A DNA stretch of 64,000 nucleotides from Eledone cirrhosa (Eukaryota), in NCBI GenBank assembly GCA_964016885.1, contig OZ024743.1, positions 358,918,001 to 358,982,000 on the forward strand, in the 5' to 3' direction. This document shows positions 1 through 13,434 of this stretch, one piece after another (positions within the stretch are counted from its first letter, which is position 1; the number at the start of each line of letters is the position of its first letter). The position numbers were made by a program, and so were the translations under genes. The notes under the pieces were generated by a model. The model ran no database searches, was not told the DNA's origin, and saw only the letters and a list, made by a program, of their open reading frames with translations.

Positions 1-1810
1 CCCCTCCCTATTTGATGAACATGGCACACTCCAGGACAATGCCAAAACCATGGGCGAGATACTGCAGAAACAATACTGCTCTGTTTTCAGCAACCCTGAT
101 ATGGCCGATCTGGGCCGTATCAGTGATATTAACCCCCAACACACTATATCAGACATAACGTTTGGCGCGCGCCCCTGATGTCTTAGCGGCAATAAACGAA
201 ATTAAACACAATTCAGCAGTAGGCCCCGACAGGTTCCCTGCTTGTGTCCTGAAGGTGTGTCGACACCAACTTGCAACTCCTCTTGCTAATCTGTGGAGGA
301 ACTCACTGGCTATATTCCTGAAAACTTTCTGTCCCAGTCCGTTGTCCCAGTCTTCAAAAAGAGAAATAAGTCCCTTGCAGTGAACTACCGTCCGATCTCA
401 CTCACATCTCATATTATCAAGGTATTTGAGAGGGTGGTGAGATCACGAATAACCCACTTTCTTGAAAGCAACGGCCTGCTGAACTCCAACCAACATGGGT
501 TCCGTAATGGCAGGGACTGCCTAACGCAGCTCCTGCATCACTTTGACGATGTTTTGAGATCCTTGGGAGAGGGCTCCAACACTGATGTCATCTACGTTGA
601 TTTCAGCAAGGCCTTCGACAGGGTTGATCATAAGATTCTACTGAAAAGACTATCCAATGTTGGTGTCTCTGGAAGGTTACTACAGTGGATCAAATGTTTC
701 CTGACAGGCAGAACCTAGCATGTTGTAGTCGAAGGAGTAAAATCAAGCCCCGTAGTGGCGTCTCACAAGGCACTGTGTTGGGCCCACTTCTTTTCATCAT
801 CTACATTAATGACATTACTGACATCATCAAACACAGTAACATCAGAATCTTCGCAGATGATTCCAAGCTCCAAAGGGTCATCAATGAGGTGGGTGACCGG
901 ACTTGCCTTCAGTCAGACCTACTGGCTGTTATCCAATGAGCAGAGATGAATAATATGCTGTTGAATGAGGATAAATTTGAACTAATCCACTTTGGAAAAA
1001 AGGATGCTCTGAAACTACCATACTCTCTTCCTTCGGGTGAAACTCTAGTAGCTTCCAATAACATCAGAGACCTGAGAGTAATTGTGGACAACAATATAAG
1101 CTGGGCCACTCATATAAACAGCAAAGTTGATATGGCCCGCAGAATGTGTTCCTGGATTCTCAGAACTTTCCAATCTAGAGATATCCACACTGTTGTCCTA
1201 CTCTTCTCCACATTTGCCCGACCCCACCTTGAATACTGTTGTCCACTGTGGTCACTCCACACGAAACAAAGTATCATGAAAGTTGAAGCACCCCAAAGGT
1301 CAATTACAAAAAAGATAGTTGGCATGACAGGCCTTGACTATTGGGGTCGATTAGAAAAGCTCAAACTTTATTCTCTTCAACGTCGCTGTGAGCGCTACAT
1401 TATCTGTATGATGTGGAAAATATTCCATCAGCTTAGCCCAAATGATGTTGGCATCACCTTTAGTGTAAACCCAAGGCTTGGGCCCCGTGCTATCCGCCCA
1501 CGACAAAAATCCCACTCGCATCACATAACAACAATACGGCACAATTATTTCACCTCAATTGGCCCTGCAATCTTTAACATTACACCAAAACACATCAAAG
1601 CAGAAACAGACCCCATTAAGTTCAAGAAGTCTTTGGATAAATTCAAGAAATCCCGGATAAGCCTCCTACACCCGGATATGCCTCCGTAAACAATAACTCT
1701 CTGCTCGAGTGGACCAAACACTGATTTGTAAGACTTCGACAGGTGGTGCTATTAAGTTAGACATGGCCTGGGCCAATACTGGCTGAAACCTATCAAAGTT
1801 ATCAAAGTTA
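1..1810 (+). mobile_element. CR1-group LINE, family A: frameshifted RT and 3' end (5' part outside window)
   Basis: Split ORFs carry NYRPISLTS, QHGFR, DFSKAFDRVDH, GVSQGTVLGPLLF, FADD and RPHLEYC motifs. It ends in an (ATCAAAGTT)2 tail that abuts (TA)n. A diverged copy lies at 49225-50478. Confidence 0.9.
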
Positions 1811-2026
1811 TATATAAATATATATATATAAATATATATATATAAATATATATATAAATATAAATATAAATATATATATAAATATATATAAATATATATA
1901 TATATAAATATATATATAAATATATCTAAATATATCTAAATATATATATAAATATATATATATATAAATATATGTATATATATATATATATATATAAATA
2001 TATGTATATATATATATATATATAAA

Positions 2027-2571
<545 letters not shown>

Positions 2572-2664
2572 TATATATATATATATTTATATATATATTT
2601 ATATATATATTTATATATATTTATATATATATTTATATATATAAATATATATATATATATAAAT

Positions 2665-2695
<31 letters not shown>

Positions 2696-2698
2696 AAT

Positions 2699-2731
<33 letters not shown>

Positions 2732-2782
2732 AATATATATATATATAAATATATATATATATAAATATATATATATATAAAT

Positions 2783-2813
<31 letters not shown>

Positions 2814-2848
2814 AATATATATATATATTTATATATATATATATTTAT

Positions 2849-2904
<56 letters not shown>

Positions 2905-3102
2905 ATATATATATAAATATATATATAAATATATATATAAATATATATATAAATATATATATATAAATATATATATAAATATATATATATAAATATATAT
3001 ATAAATATATATATAAATATATATATAAATATATATATATATAAATATATATATAAATATATATATATAAATATATATATATATAAATATATATATAAAT
3101 AT

Positions 3103-3197
<95 letters not shown>

Positions 3198-3225
3198 TAT
3201 ATGTATATAAATATATATATATATA

Positions 3226-3263
<38 letters not shown>

Positions 3264-3266
3264 AAT

Positions 3267-3301
<35 letters not shown>

Positions 3302-3325
3302 AATATATATATATATAAATATATA

Positions 3326-3600
3326 AATGATTCTAATGAAATGATAGTTGAAAATAACATTGAAATATTGAGTGTCTGCATAATTAATACTTCGTAGATA
3401 GCAGCCGTTTTCAGGTTATATAACTGTTATTGAAACACGTGTCAATAAATTCCTTTTACTGAACTGTATCCATTTAAATCCTTCTATTTTCTCCGGATTA
3501 CTTTTGAAACTACAACTGGAACCGTCGAGCAAACCCTACGTGAGCTGTCCATCTACTGTGTGTAATATTCATATTACAACACTACCGAAAATACTATATT
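3326..3600 (+). mobile_element. Probable PLE pLTR fragment with HHR 3' half only
   Basis: GAAACACGTGTC (palindromic loop 3, GUC site) followed by AATAAA at ~3432-3449. No CUGANGA is found on the same strand. Flanked by (TA)n. Confidence 0.45.
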
Positions 3601-3622
3601 TATATAAATATATATATATATA

Positions 3623-3691
<69 letters not shown>

Positions 3692-3697
<6 letters not shown>

Positions 3698-4113
3698 ATA
3701 CTTTGGGAGGGTCATGTTGCCAATAAGAAACACACGCACCAGTTGCTTTCACTTCAATTTATTATATATTTATAAATTTATAAATTTACAAATCTACAAA
3801 CTTATAAATTTCTGGTTGGTTGGTTGGTTCCACAACCAGATAGTTGTTTATATATAAACAACTGGTTGGTTCCACAACCAGATAGTTGTTTATATATAAA
3901 CAACTATCTGTTTGTGGAACCAACCAACCAACCAGAAATTTATAAGTTTGTAGATTTGTAAATTTATAAATTTATAAATATATAATAAATTGAAGTGAAA
4001 GCAACTGGTGCGTGTGTTTCTTATTGGCAACATGACCCTCCCAAAGTATAACAATATCGGTTTCAACACACGATTTCAGATAAAGAATCTTGCTAAACAA
4101 ATTCAGAAACGAA
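3692..4113. mobile_element. PLE pLTR fold-back, same family as 15089-15450
   Basis: Inverted arms of about 170 nt with a ~42 nt duplication at the apex. The sequence matches the part downstream of the HHR at 15297-15342. Confidence 0.8.
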
Positions 4114-4115
4114 AT

Positions 4116-4146
<31 letters not shown>

Positions 4147-4149
4147 AAT

Positions 4150-4186
<37 letters not shown>

Positions 4187-4205
4187 AATATATATATATA
4201 TAAAT

Positions 4206-4254
<49 letters not shown>

Positions 4255-4285
4255 TATATATATATAAATATATATATATATAAAT

Positions 4286-4336
<51 letters not shown>

Positions 4337-4351
4337 AATATATATATAAAT

Positions 4352-4384
<33 letters not shown>

Positions 4385-4403
4385 AATATATATATATATA
4401 AAT

Positions 4404-4458
<55 letters not shown>

Positions 4459-4545
4459 AATATATATATATATACAAATATATATATATATAAATATATA
4501 TATATATAAATATATATATATATACAAATATATATATATATAAAT

Positions 4546-4578
<33 letters not shown>

Positions 4579-4610
4579 AATATATATATTATATAAATAT
4601 ATATATAAAT

Positions 4611-4643
<33 letters not shown>

Positions 4644-4678
4644 AATATATATATATATAAATATATATATATATAAAT

Positions 4679-4731
<53 letters not shown>

Positions 4732-4752
4732 AATATATATATATATACAAAT

Positions 4753-4811
<59 letters not shown>

Positions 4812-4818
4812 CAAATAT

Positions 4819-4869
<51 letters not shown>

Positions 4870-4871
<2 letters not shown>

Positions 4872-5160
4872 ACTTGGTCTTTCCTTATATTTAAATTTAT
4901 TTCATTCCTTGTATTTTGATCATGCTTTATTTTTATTTTTATTTTTATTTGTTTCATTCGCACCGTTTCCTTTCGCTATATGTCTCTCCACCACTCCCCT
5001 ACACACCCTTTGAACTCTGTTCCCACACACTTCTCACCTGAGGAAGGGCTTATTCCCGAAACGTCGTCCCCCACCAACACCCCACTCTCCAGTGCGTGAA
5101 ATTAAAAAACATTCGTTGTACTGCCTCTCTGTTTTGTCCCTGTTCAAATTTTTCCATTAT
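4870..5160 (+). mobile_element. PLE 3' end with HHR-like core (5038-5068)
   Basis: CUGAGGA AGGG CUUAU UCCC GAAAC GUC GUC; stem I is not obvious. A homologous copy lies on the minus strand at 47990-48245. Confidence 0.7.
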
Positions 5161-5167
5161 ATATATA

Positions 5168-5247
<80 letters not shown>

Positions 5248-5276
5248 TATATATATAAATATATATATATATAAAT

Positions 5277-5309
<33 letters not shown>

Positions 5310-5326
5310 AATATATATATATATAA

Positions 5327-5399
<73 letters not shown>

Positions 5400-5412
5400 T
5401 ATATATAAATAT

Positions 5413-5493
<81 letters not shown>

Positions 5494-5506
5494 TATATAT
5501 ATATAA

Positions 5507-5537
<31 letters not shown>

Positions 5538-5538
5538 A

Positions 5539-5588
<50 letters not shown>

Positions 5589-5592
5589 TTAA

Positions 5593-5679
<87 letters not shown>

Positions 5680-5710
5680 TATATATATATAAATATATAT
5701 ATATATAAAT

Positions 5711-5765
<55 letters not shown>

Positions 5766-5774
5766 AATATATAT

Positions 5775-6083
5775 TACTCTTTTACTCTTTTACCGGTTTC
5801 AGCCATCCGGCTGAGGCTATGCTGGGGCACCGCCCTTGTTGCTACACATTTTATCTCCAGCCTGTATAGGTTGGCCACTGGTGTAAGAGGGAATTTGTTG
5901 CTGCTGCCCTTAGGTTTCCCTCGTGTCTTGCTGTGGGCTCATCCGGGATCCTGGATAACAAGGTGTCGAGATGTTTCTTGAAGACATCCACCTCCATGTC
6001 ATGCAAGTCTCTCAGATCCCTCGGCCGCCTGTTGAAGAGCTGAGGGCCCTTGAATCCCAGGCTATTGCAATATCTGCTCCTTA
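5775..6083 (-). mobile_element. CR1-group LINE family B, 3' terminal fragment
   Basis: Matches 55927-56240. Encodes NSLGFKGPQLFN...IPDEPT...NSLLHQW, followed by a (TAAAAGAG)n tail into (TA)n. Confidence 0.92.
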
Positions 6084-6873
6084 GCAACCTCACTGAAGAT
6101 GCTCTTCAGAAGCTCCTTGGCTAGCGGTGCACTACCCAGGGAGCTGAAAGAAGGCACAATATGCCCTATCCATAAAGGAGGTAGCAGAGCGGAGGCCAAA
6201 AACTAGAGGTCAGTCTCCCTGACGTCGGATGTCAGTAAGGTCATGGAGCGAGTCGTCAGAAAGAAACTCATCACTTTCCTCGAGGAAAATGACCGCCTGA
6301 CTAGCACGCAACATGGCTTCCACCCAGGAAAAAGCTACCTTACACAGCTGCTACATCACTACGACTGGGTACTGAGACAACTACTAGACAGCTCACATGT
6401 GGACGTGATATATCTTGACTTTGCGAAGGCCTTTGACAAGGTCGACCACGGAATGATATGTCACAAACTACACGGACTCGGCATAACTGGAAAAGTAGGT
6501 GAGTGGCTGCATGGCTTCCTAAGGGACAGAAGCCAGGCAGTCGCAGCAAATGCGGCCCTCTCGAGGGAAACACCAATAACAAGTGGGGTGCCCCAGGGGA
6601 CAGTCCTGGGACCACTACTGTTTTTGGTGGCTCTCTCAGACATGCCCTCTGTAGTGCATACAACAACATCCCTCACTAGCTATGCTGATGACACCAAGGT
6701 AGCACAGGCAATCAAAAACCCGGCTGACGCTGCCCTTTTACAGCAGGATCTGGATGCCATATACAAATGGGCGGAAGAATACAACATGCAGTTTAATGCT
6801 GGCAAATTCCAAGCCCTACAATACAAACCCCCAAACAAACCTGCAAACACAAATATAGTGGAACACAACTACT
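6080..6873 (+). mobile_element. LINE family B, inverted internal RT segment
   Basis: Reverse complement of ~56745-57528. ORF 6243-6875 carries QHGF, DFAKAFDKVDH, GVPQGTVLGP and YADD. Confidence 0.92.
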
Positions 6874-6885
6874 AAGGCTATAACA

Positions 6886-8072
6886 CAACTAGACTAGGGC
6901 TATAACACCCCACTTGCCGATTTTGTAATGGGTAACCCCTGCTTGCTAAGGGAGACGTAAGATCTTCTTTTATATCTTCTTATCGCCTCCTCTATATTTC
7001 CTTCTTCCCCCCCATCCCTCCCTAGTCCTTCCACCCCAGTTCTTTTTCTTTGTCGTCGTCTTTTTCTCGCCCACCCGAGGCAGCCCCTCGGTCCTTTGTA
7101 GCCTCAGTACCCCCACCCCTTCCCCTATTCTATGATAGATTTGGCCGACTCCGCTTTTTATAGCAGATGTGTTAGACCCCGGATACTTGCCCCATTATCC
7201 GACCGCCGTCCCTTTTCCGTGCTTTCTATATTTCTTAGTGGCATCTTTGCTTTAATTTCTCGTTCATCAGTATTTTTTTGGGGGGGATTCTGAATCAATT
7301 TTTCCGTATTTTTCCGTATTTTACTTTTACTTCGTACGAGCTTTTATGTAGCTTGTACTAGAACTTTTGTATCATGGCGGTACCCTTAGAGATAGTATTA
7401 GTATTTTCGGGACTCTGAATTATTATTTCGTACTAGTTTACTTTTTTGCACTGGGTGGTTGCCGGCCTTGTGCCTGGGGTAGAAACTTTTATTAATTATT
7501 TCGTGGTAGTTTCTTTAGTTTTTTGGCCCCACACTTGTTGACCCGTCACCGTATGATATACGTACGTATACCTCTTAAAGGGTGTCTTTTTAATTCCGTC
7601 CCACCTAGTATATTTCTTTAGCCTAGCTATAGCGAGAGACTTAGGTCGTAGTAACCAGAAATTGTTTATTTTTTTTTTTTTTACATTTATTCGCTTTTCA
7701 ACACTCTCAGTATTTTTCTATTTATTTTCCCCTCATTGTTCTACTTACTGTTTCGACTTCCCCCCCTAGTATCTTCTCTGACCTCACGCCCAGCTGTAGC
7801 CGGCACTATCAATGCATGAATGGGTCTCCTCCACCCACTCTCCGTCTTTCTTCTACTGGCAGGTTTAGCTACCCCTTTCCCCACTAATTGCCCTCATAGA
7901 ATTATTATGTCTCAACTACTAACTTTTGACCAATCCCTGTGACAATCACTTTGACCATATATGGAATTACCCCTTGAGAAGCTCGGCTATTCAAATACCA
8001 GGATTAATTTTCATTTAGTCAAGAATTAGCCGTCGAAACGGCTTGAGCTCTGCCATCGGGGTCCTACTCGTT

Positions 8073-8075
<3 letters not shown>
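6886..8075 (+). mobile_element. Naiad-type PLE 3' UTR/pLTR, 5' truncated
   Basis: Colinear with 51846-53075, which directly follows a GIY-YIG ORF. Ends at the same GTTCCTA|(TA)n position. Confidence 0.85.
7969..8062 (+). ncRNA. Hammerhead ribozyme, U3-A8 core, long stem II
   Basis: ACCCC UUGAGAA [G.UCGGCUA...UAGCCGUC] GAAAC GGC..GCC AUC GGGGU. Stem I is ACCCC/GGGGU. Confidence 0.75.
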
Positions 8076-8125
<50 letters not shown>

Positions 8126-8127
<2 letters not shown>

Positions 8128-9180
8128 CAATATATTTAGAAACACACAGATACATGCGGACACACACATATATACATGAATGCATCCGCACCCAACTGAG
8201 AGTTAAGGGTGCCAACTTCACCGATGTTGCTCAATGAATGACTGGGACAGACCAATCCAGTTGAACTAGACTGAACCAGTATCAGAGTTAAAAATACATT
8301 ATGAAGAGAAGAAGAGGCTTAGCTCTGTTTCTCGACCGTTATATCGCGTGACTATCTCCCCCTCCGCCTTTTGGGATTCTTTCTCACGTCGTGTAGACGC
8401 GTTCTTGAGACTAGTAAAATGAGGTATCCTCTTGATAAGTCGGCAGACCTCGCAAGGACTCAATATCTTTATGATATATTGTTCTTGTTTATGCCACGAA
8501 ACTACGTAGTCGAGGAATCTAGAAGCAGTTTAGGTATGATACATTTTATTACTAATTATATCTAAATGTTTCTTCTCTCTTCATAATGTATTTTTAACTC
8601 TGATACTGGTTCAGTCTAGTTCAACTGGATTGGTCTGTCCCAGTCATTCATTGAGCAACATCGGTGAAGTTGGCACCCTTAACTCACAGTTGGGTGCGGA
8701 TGCATTCATGTATATATGTGTGTGTCCGCATGTATCTGTGTGTTTCTAAATATATTGTTAATAACTCCCTCTGGTCGAGCAATCTTTGAAGTGTGGGGAC
8801 AGCTGGAAAGCTTCCATTACTCATACTTCTCGCCCCCTTCACCACCTCTTCTACGGCCTCGATATAAATACCCCCTCCGCCTCCGTGGTATTTTCTTCGG
8901 GGTTATAAGAGGCTTAGCTCTGTTTCTCGACCGTTATATCGCGTGACTATCTCCCCCTCCGCCTTTTGGGATTCTTTCTCACGTCGTGTAGACGCGTTCT
9001 TGAGACTAGTAAAATGAGGTATCCTCTTGATAAGTCGGCAGACCTCGCAAGGACTCTATATCTTTATGATATATTGTTTTTGTTTATGCCACGAAACTAC
9101 GTAGTCGAGGAATCTAGAAGCAGTTTAGGTATGATACATTTTATTACTAATTATATCTAAATGTTTCTTCTCTCTTCATA

Positions 9181-9184
<4 letters not shown>
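8126..9184 (+). mobile_element. PLE-type non-autonomous element: tandem 595 bp pLTR units with inverted 5' piece
   Basis: 8313-8590 repeats at 8908-9184 (period 595). 8126-8312 is the reverse complement of ~8569-8759. Each unit carries an HHR. Confidence 0.8.
8426..8517 (+). ncRNA. Hammerhead ribozyme, U3-A8 core, long stem II (copy 2 at 9021-9112)
   Basis: UCCUC UUGAUAA [GUCGGCA...CAAUAU..AUAUUG...UGCCAC] GAAAC UACGUA GUC GAGGA. Loop 3 is palindromic. Confidence 0.8.
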
Positions 9185-9221
<37 letters not shown>

Positions 9222-9231
9222 TATATATATA

Positions 9232-9835
9232 TAAGAGAGTATTGAAGTTTGCTTGAAGCATTGTGGAATAATAAGTAAATATCTTTAAGTCGTTTGGAAG
9301 CCTCGACAATGCAAATGGGTAAATCTCCGGGTAACAAGATCCGGTGGTTGAGAGAGAGATGTAAGTGGGTGTACTTTGAGATGCGTGGTGTGTATAAGAT
9401 GTGTAAGATGTGTAGAAGAATGAAGGGAAGAGTATAAAGGATAAAATAAAAATAACACACGAGAGAGTTACCTTGGGAGAGATTTAATAGTCCCTATATA
9501 TTTATCCGAAATATATAGGGACTATTAAATCTCTCCCAAGGTAACTCTCTCTAGTTGGTTGTTTGTTCTATGTGCGTGTGTGTTTTCATTTTGTCCTTAA
9601 TTGTAAGTTGTGATGTTGCTGTTCCATTCATGTTTTCTATTTAATTTTGGTTGGAGTTCATTTATAATTATTGCCTCTGTGATTTGTCTAAACATTGCGT
9701 CTTTTCTGTGTGTAGATTCTATAATTATTTCTATGTTCTCTAATTTACCCCTATGTGCTATTTTAGCATGTTGGTAGAGTACAGATGATTCTTTACTATC
9801 TTGAAGCTCTCGCCAGTGTTCATTTATCCCTTGAT
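9232..9835. mobile_element. PLE-like fragment with central hairpin, same family as 60882-61256 and 62870-63330
   Basis: 9232-9503 matches 62870-63138. A perfect ~42 bp inverted repeat is centred at ~9505. Confidence 0.65.
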
Positions 9836-9850
9836 ATATATATATGTATG

Positions 9851-9883
<33 letters not shown>

Positions 9884-9884
9884 A

Positions 9885-10217
<333 letters not shown>

Positions 10218-10315
10218 TATATAAAAATATATATATAGTTAAAACTTAGACGGGAAGGAAAACAGAGAGGCAGTACAAATATGAGTTTATTAGGTTCATG
10301 CTTTTGAGTGTAGGT

Positions 10316-10391
<76 letters not shown>

Positions 10392-10398
10392 GTATATG

Positions 10399-10463
<65 letters not shown>

Positions 10464-10553
10464 TTGGTGTGGTAATGACTACATAATAGCTCTATACGGG
10501 AGTCACTGAAATACGAATTATACAATAAATTCGATTATGTAACACATTCATGT

Positions 10554-10584
<31 letters not shown>

Positions 10585-10602
10585 CACATACATATATATA
10601 AA

Positions 10603-10781
10603 TAACTGTTTCTACTTTAGGCACAAGGTCAGCAATTACCCAGTACATTACTGGTACTTTATTTTATCGACTCCGTAAGGATGAAAGGCAAAGTTAACCT
10701 CGACGGGATTTGAACTCAGACCGTAAAGGGGCGTAACTATGCTGGAAAGCATGGCGTCCGACTCTCTACCGATACTGCCAA
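10603..10781 (-). mobile_element. tRNA-derived SINE inserted between ~70 bp inverted repeats (10466-10540 and 10812-10876)
   Basis: A-box-like TGGCAGTATCGGTAG, B-box GAGTTCAAATCC and a GCCTTTCATCCTTACGGAGTCGATAAAAT core. Confidence 0.85.
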
Positions 10782-11129
10782 AACATCAAGACACACGTTA
10801 CATAATTGTATTTATTTTTCTAATTCGTATTTCTGTGACTCCTGTGTAGAGCTGTTATGCAGTCATTACCACACCAACCGGCACTGGTGTGACATTAACA
10901 GCTGTTAACAGAATTATGTGAAGGAATTGATATCAAACGCTTTCATGTTTACGAAATTTCAGTGAACATATCACTCGTCATTTGTTTTTCATCCTTTCAG
11001 GATGTGTTGATTAAAAAATAAGGAATATATACCAACACTACATGAAATCGAAAAGAAAAACAATTGTCAAGTTATATATTCGCTGAACTTTCATAAACAC
11101 CCCCTAAACACCCACACATACACATATAT

Positions 11130-11242
<113 letters not shown>

Positions 11243-11269
11243 TGTGTGTGTGTGCATGCATATATATAT

Positions 11270-11575
11270 AGTTCCTCAGTGAAATAACAACCCAACAAGG
11301 AACTGGGCATATCAGAGTATTGACAATATTATACACCTAAACAACATATGTACTTGTCTATACCATACTAATTCAAACTGCCTGAAGAGGTCACAGCCAA
11401 AGATGGCTGTCACTGAAATATATATAGCAGTAATAAACGAAGCTAAATTTTAATCATTTGACTTTTATTTAACTTTATTTTACACTACTCCGGAGTAACC
11501 AAACCTACCTGCGCACTTCGTCGAGTGCTCCAGCCTACATACTTAGGTGTTGGTATACAACCAACATAAACTCAA
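11270..11575 (+). mobile_element. PLE pLTR fragment with HHR at 11377-11431
   Basis: ACUGC CUGAAGA GGUCACAGCC AAAGAU GGCUGUCACU GAAA UAUAUA UA GCAGU, followed by AAUAAA. Confidence 0.85.
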
Positions 11576-11584
11576 AATCTCTCT

Positions 11585-11683
<99 letters not shown>

Positions 11684-11890
11684 ATGTATGCTGGGCACAC
11701 AGGTATTAGGACGTGTGTTTTTTCCTACCAGCGACATATCAAACCTATCGATTTTATCTGAGGATACCGTTCTCATAATCAACAGCAAATGCATGAACGA
11801 TATCTCGATTGCATGGAGAACCGTGGAAATAATGATTAAACAATATATGTAACCCCACCATCTTATTTTGTTATATATATATATATATAC

Positions 11891-12376
11891 ATGGAAAAGA
11901 ATGAAACGAAATTTGATTTCTCACTCTTAGTACGGCTCATACCTAAATATAAGTAATTATACGCACATACATATATGTGTAGAAACGTACAGTAGTATAT
12001 ATATATATATATACATGCACACACATATATATATGTACGTATGGGTGTACCGAACATTTATTCTAATGTTCGGTTTGTTTGTAAACAAACAGCTTGAATT
12101 ACGCCGTACAGTGCTCGGCAACCATCGTTAACACTGACACAGGAACGATGTACTAGTTTAACGATGTACTAAGCTTATTAGCTATCGTCAGCATCGTATA
12201 CCTTTCTATCAGATGATTGAACGTGTGAAAGTATATACTTTCCTTATGCATATTAACGGCTGAGCACCCTAATTTGCATATCGAGTGAGTTAGTCGGCCG
12301 GGCGCACCGAAAACGATAAATGGAAAAGAATAAAACGAAATTTCATTTCTCACTCTTAGTACGGCTGATACCTAAT
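11891..12376. repeat. Dispersed repeat with ~58 bp direct terminal repeats
   Basis: TGGAAAAGAAT.AAACGAAATTT.ATTTCTCACTCTTAGTACGGCT occurs at 11892 and 12321. Other pieces lie at 18748-18825 and 38240-38475. Confidence 0.6.
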
Positions 12377-13172
12377 ATATATATATATATAAAAAAAAAC
12401 ATGAGAAGAAAGAAGTATACTGCGTGGTTGCACATGGGTTTCATATGATAAAAATAGTCCTTCGTCAGTAATTTTCCAACCATCATTGGTATTTCATCGC
12501 ATTAAAAATCATATACCTCAGGTTGGTGCGAGCAATAACTAAAAAATGTTATTGGGACCAGTAAAGCGCGTAAAGCGAGGAGGACAAGTAAACAACATAG
12601 AAGGATAAAAGCAAACCAAAGATACGAAAAAAAACAAGCAACATGGTTGTCCGGTCAGCATAAGCTGGGTGGATTTATATATATATATATATATATAAAT
12701 ATAGTATAACTGAACAAAAAGGAAAAACGAACACAGACTTATACATGTATGTGTTCAAACCGTAATGGACCAGAATCGCTAAAGTGAAAAATGTACTAAC
12801 TACAGACAATAGGGTTTGCCAGACTCAATTTAAGAATAAATATAGAAAAAACAGAAACCATAATTGTGGTAACTACCGAACACCCGGACAGTTTTGATTG
12901 TACTGTTGCGCAATATTATTTGTGAAAAGGAATACCAAAGTCCTAGCTCATCAGCGGATGAAGAAATTAGTATCCTGATCACTTCTAAATATAATAAAAA
13001 ACTGGATAGTGTGTGTATATGTAATGCACATGGTTCCCAAACTTAGCGTGTCTCGCACACTCACGCCACTAAAAATAGCAGCCGAGTTTACTCGACATTT
13101 GAATTAGCTCGACGAATTAACGGAGCCGAATATATCAAAGGCATTTTGAGTTTCTAACTCAATACATGCTTT

Positions 13173-13278
<106 letters not shown>

Positions 13279-13311
13279 ATGTATGTATATATATATATAT
13301 ATATGTATATG

Positions 13312-13358
<47 letters not shown>

Positions 13359-13381
13359 GTATATATATATATATGTGAGTG

Positions 13382-13431
<50 letters not shown>

Positions 13432-13434
<3 letters not shown>

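Noticed and set aside
12440-12540. Possible tandem degenerate HHRs on the minus strand
   Set aside because: CUGACGA and GAAAC are present but stems I-III do not pair convincingly.
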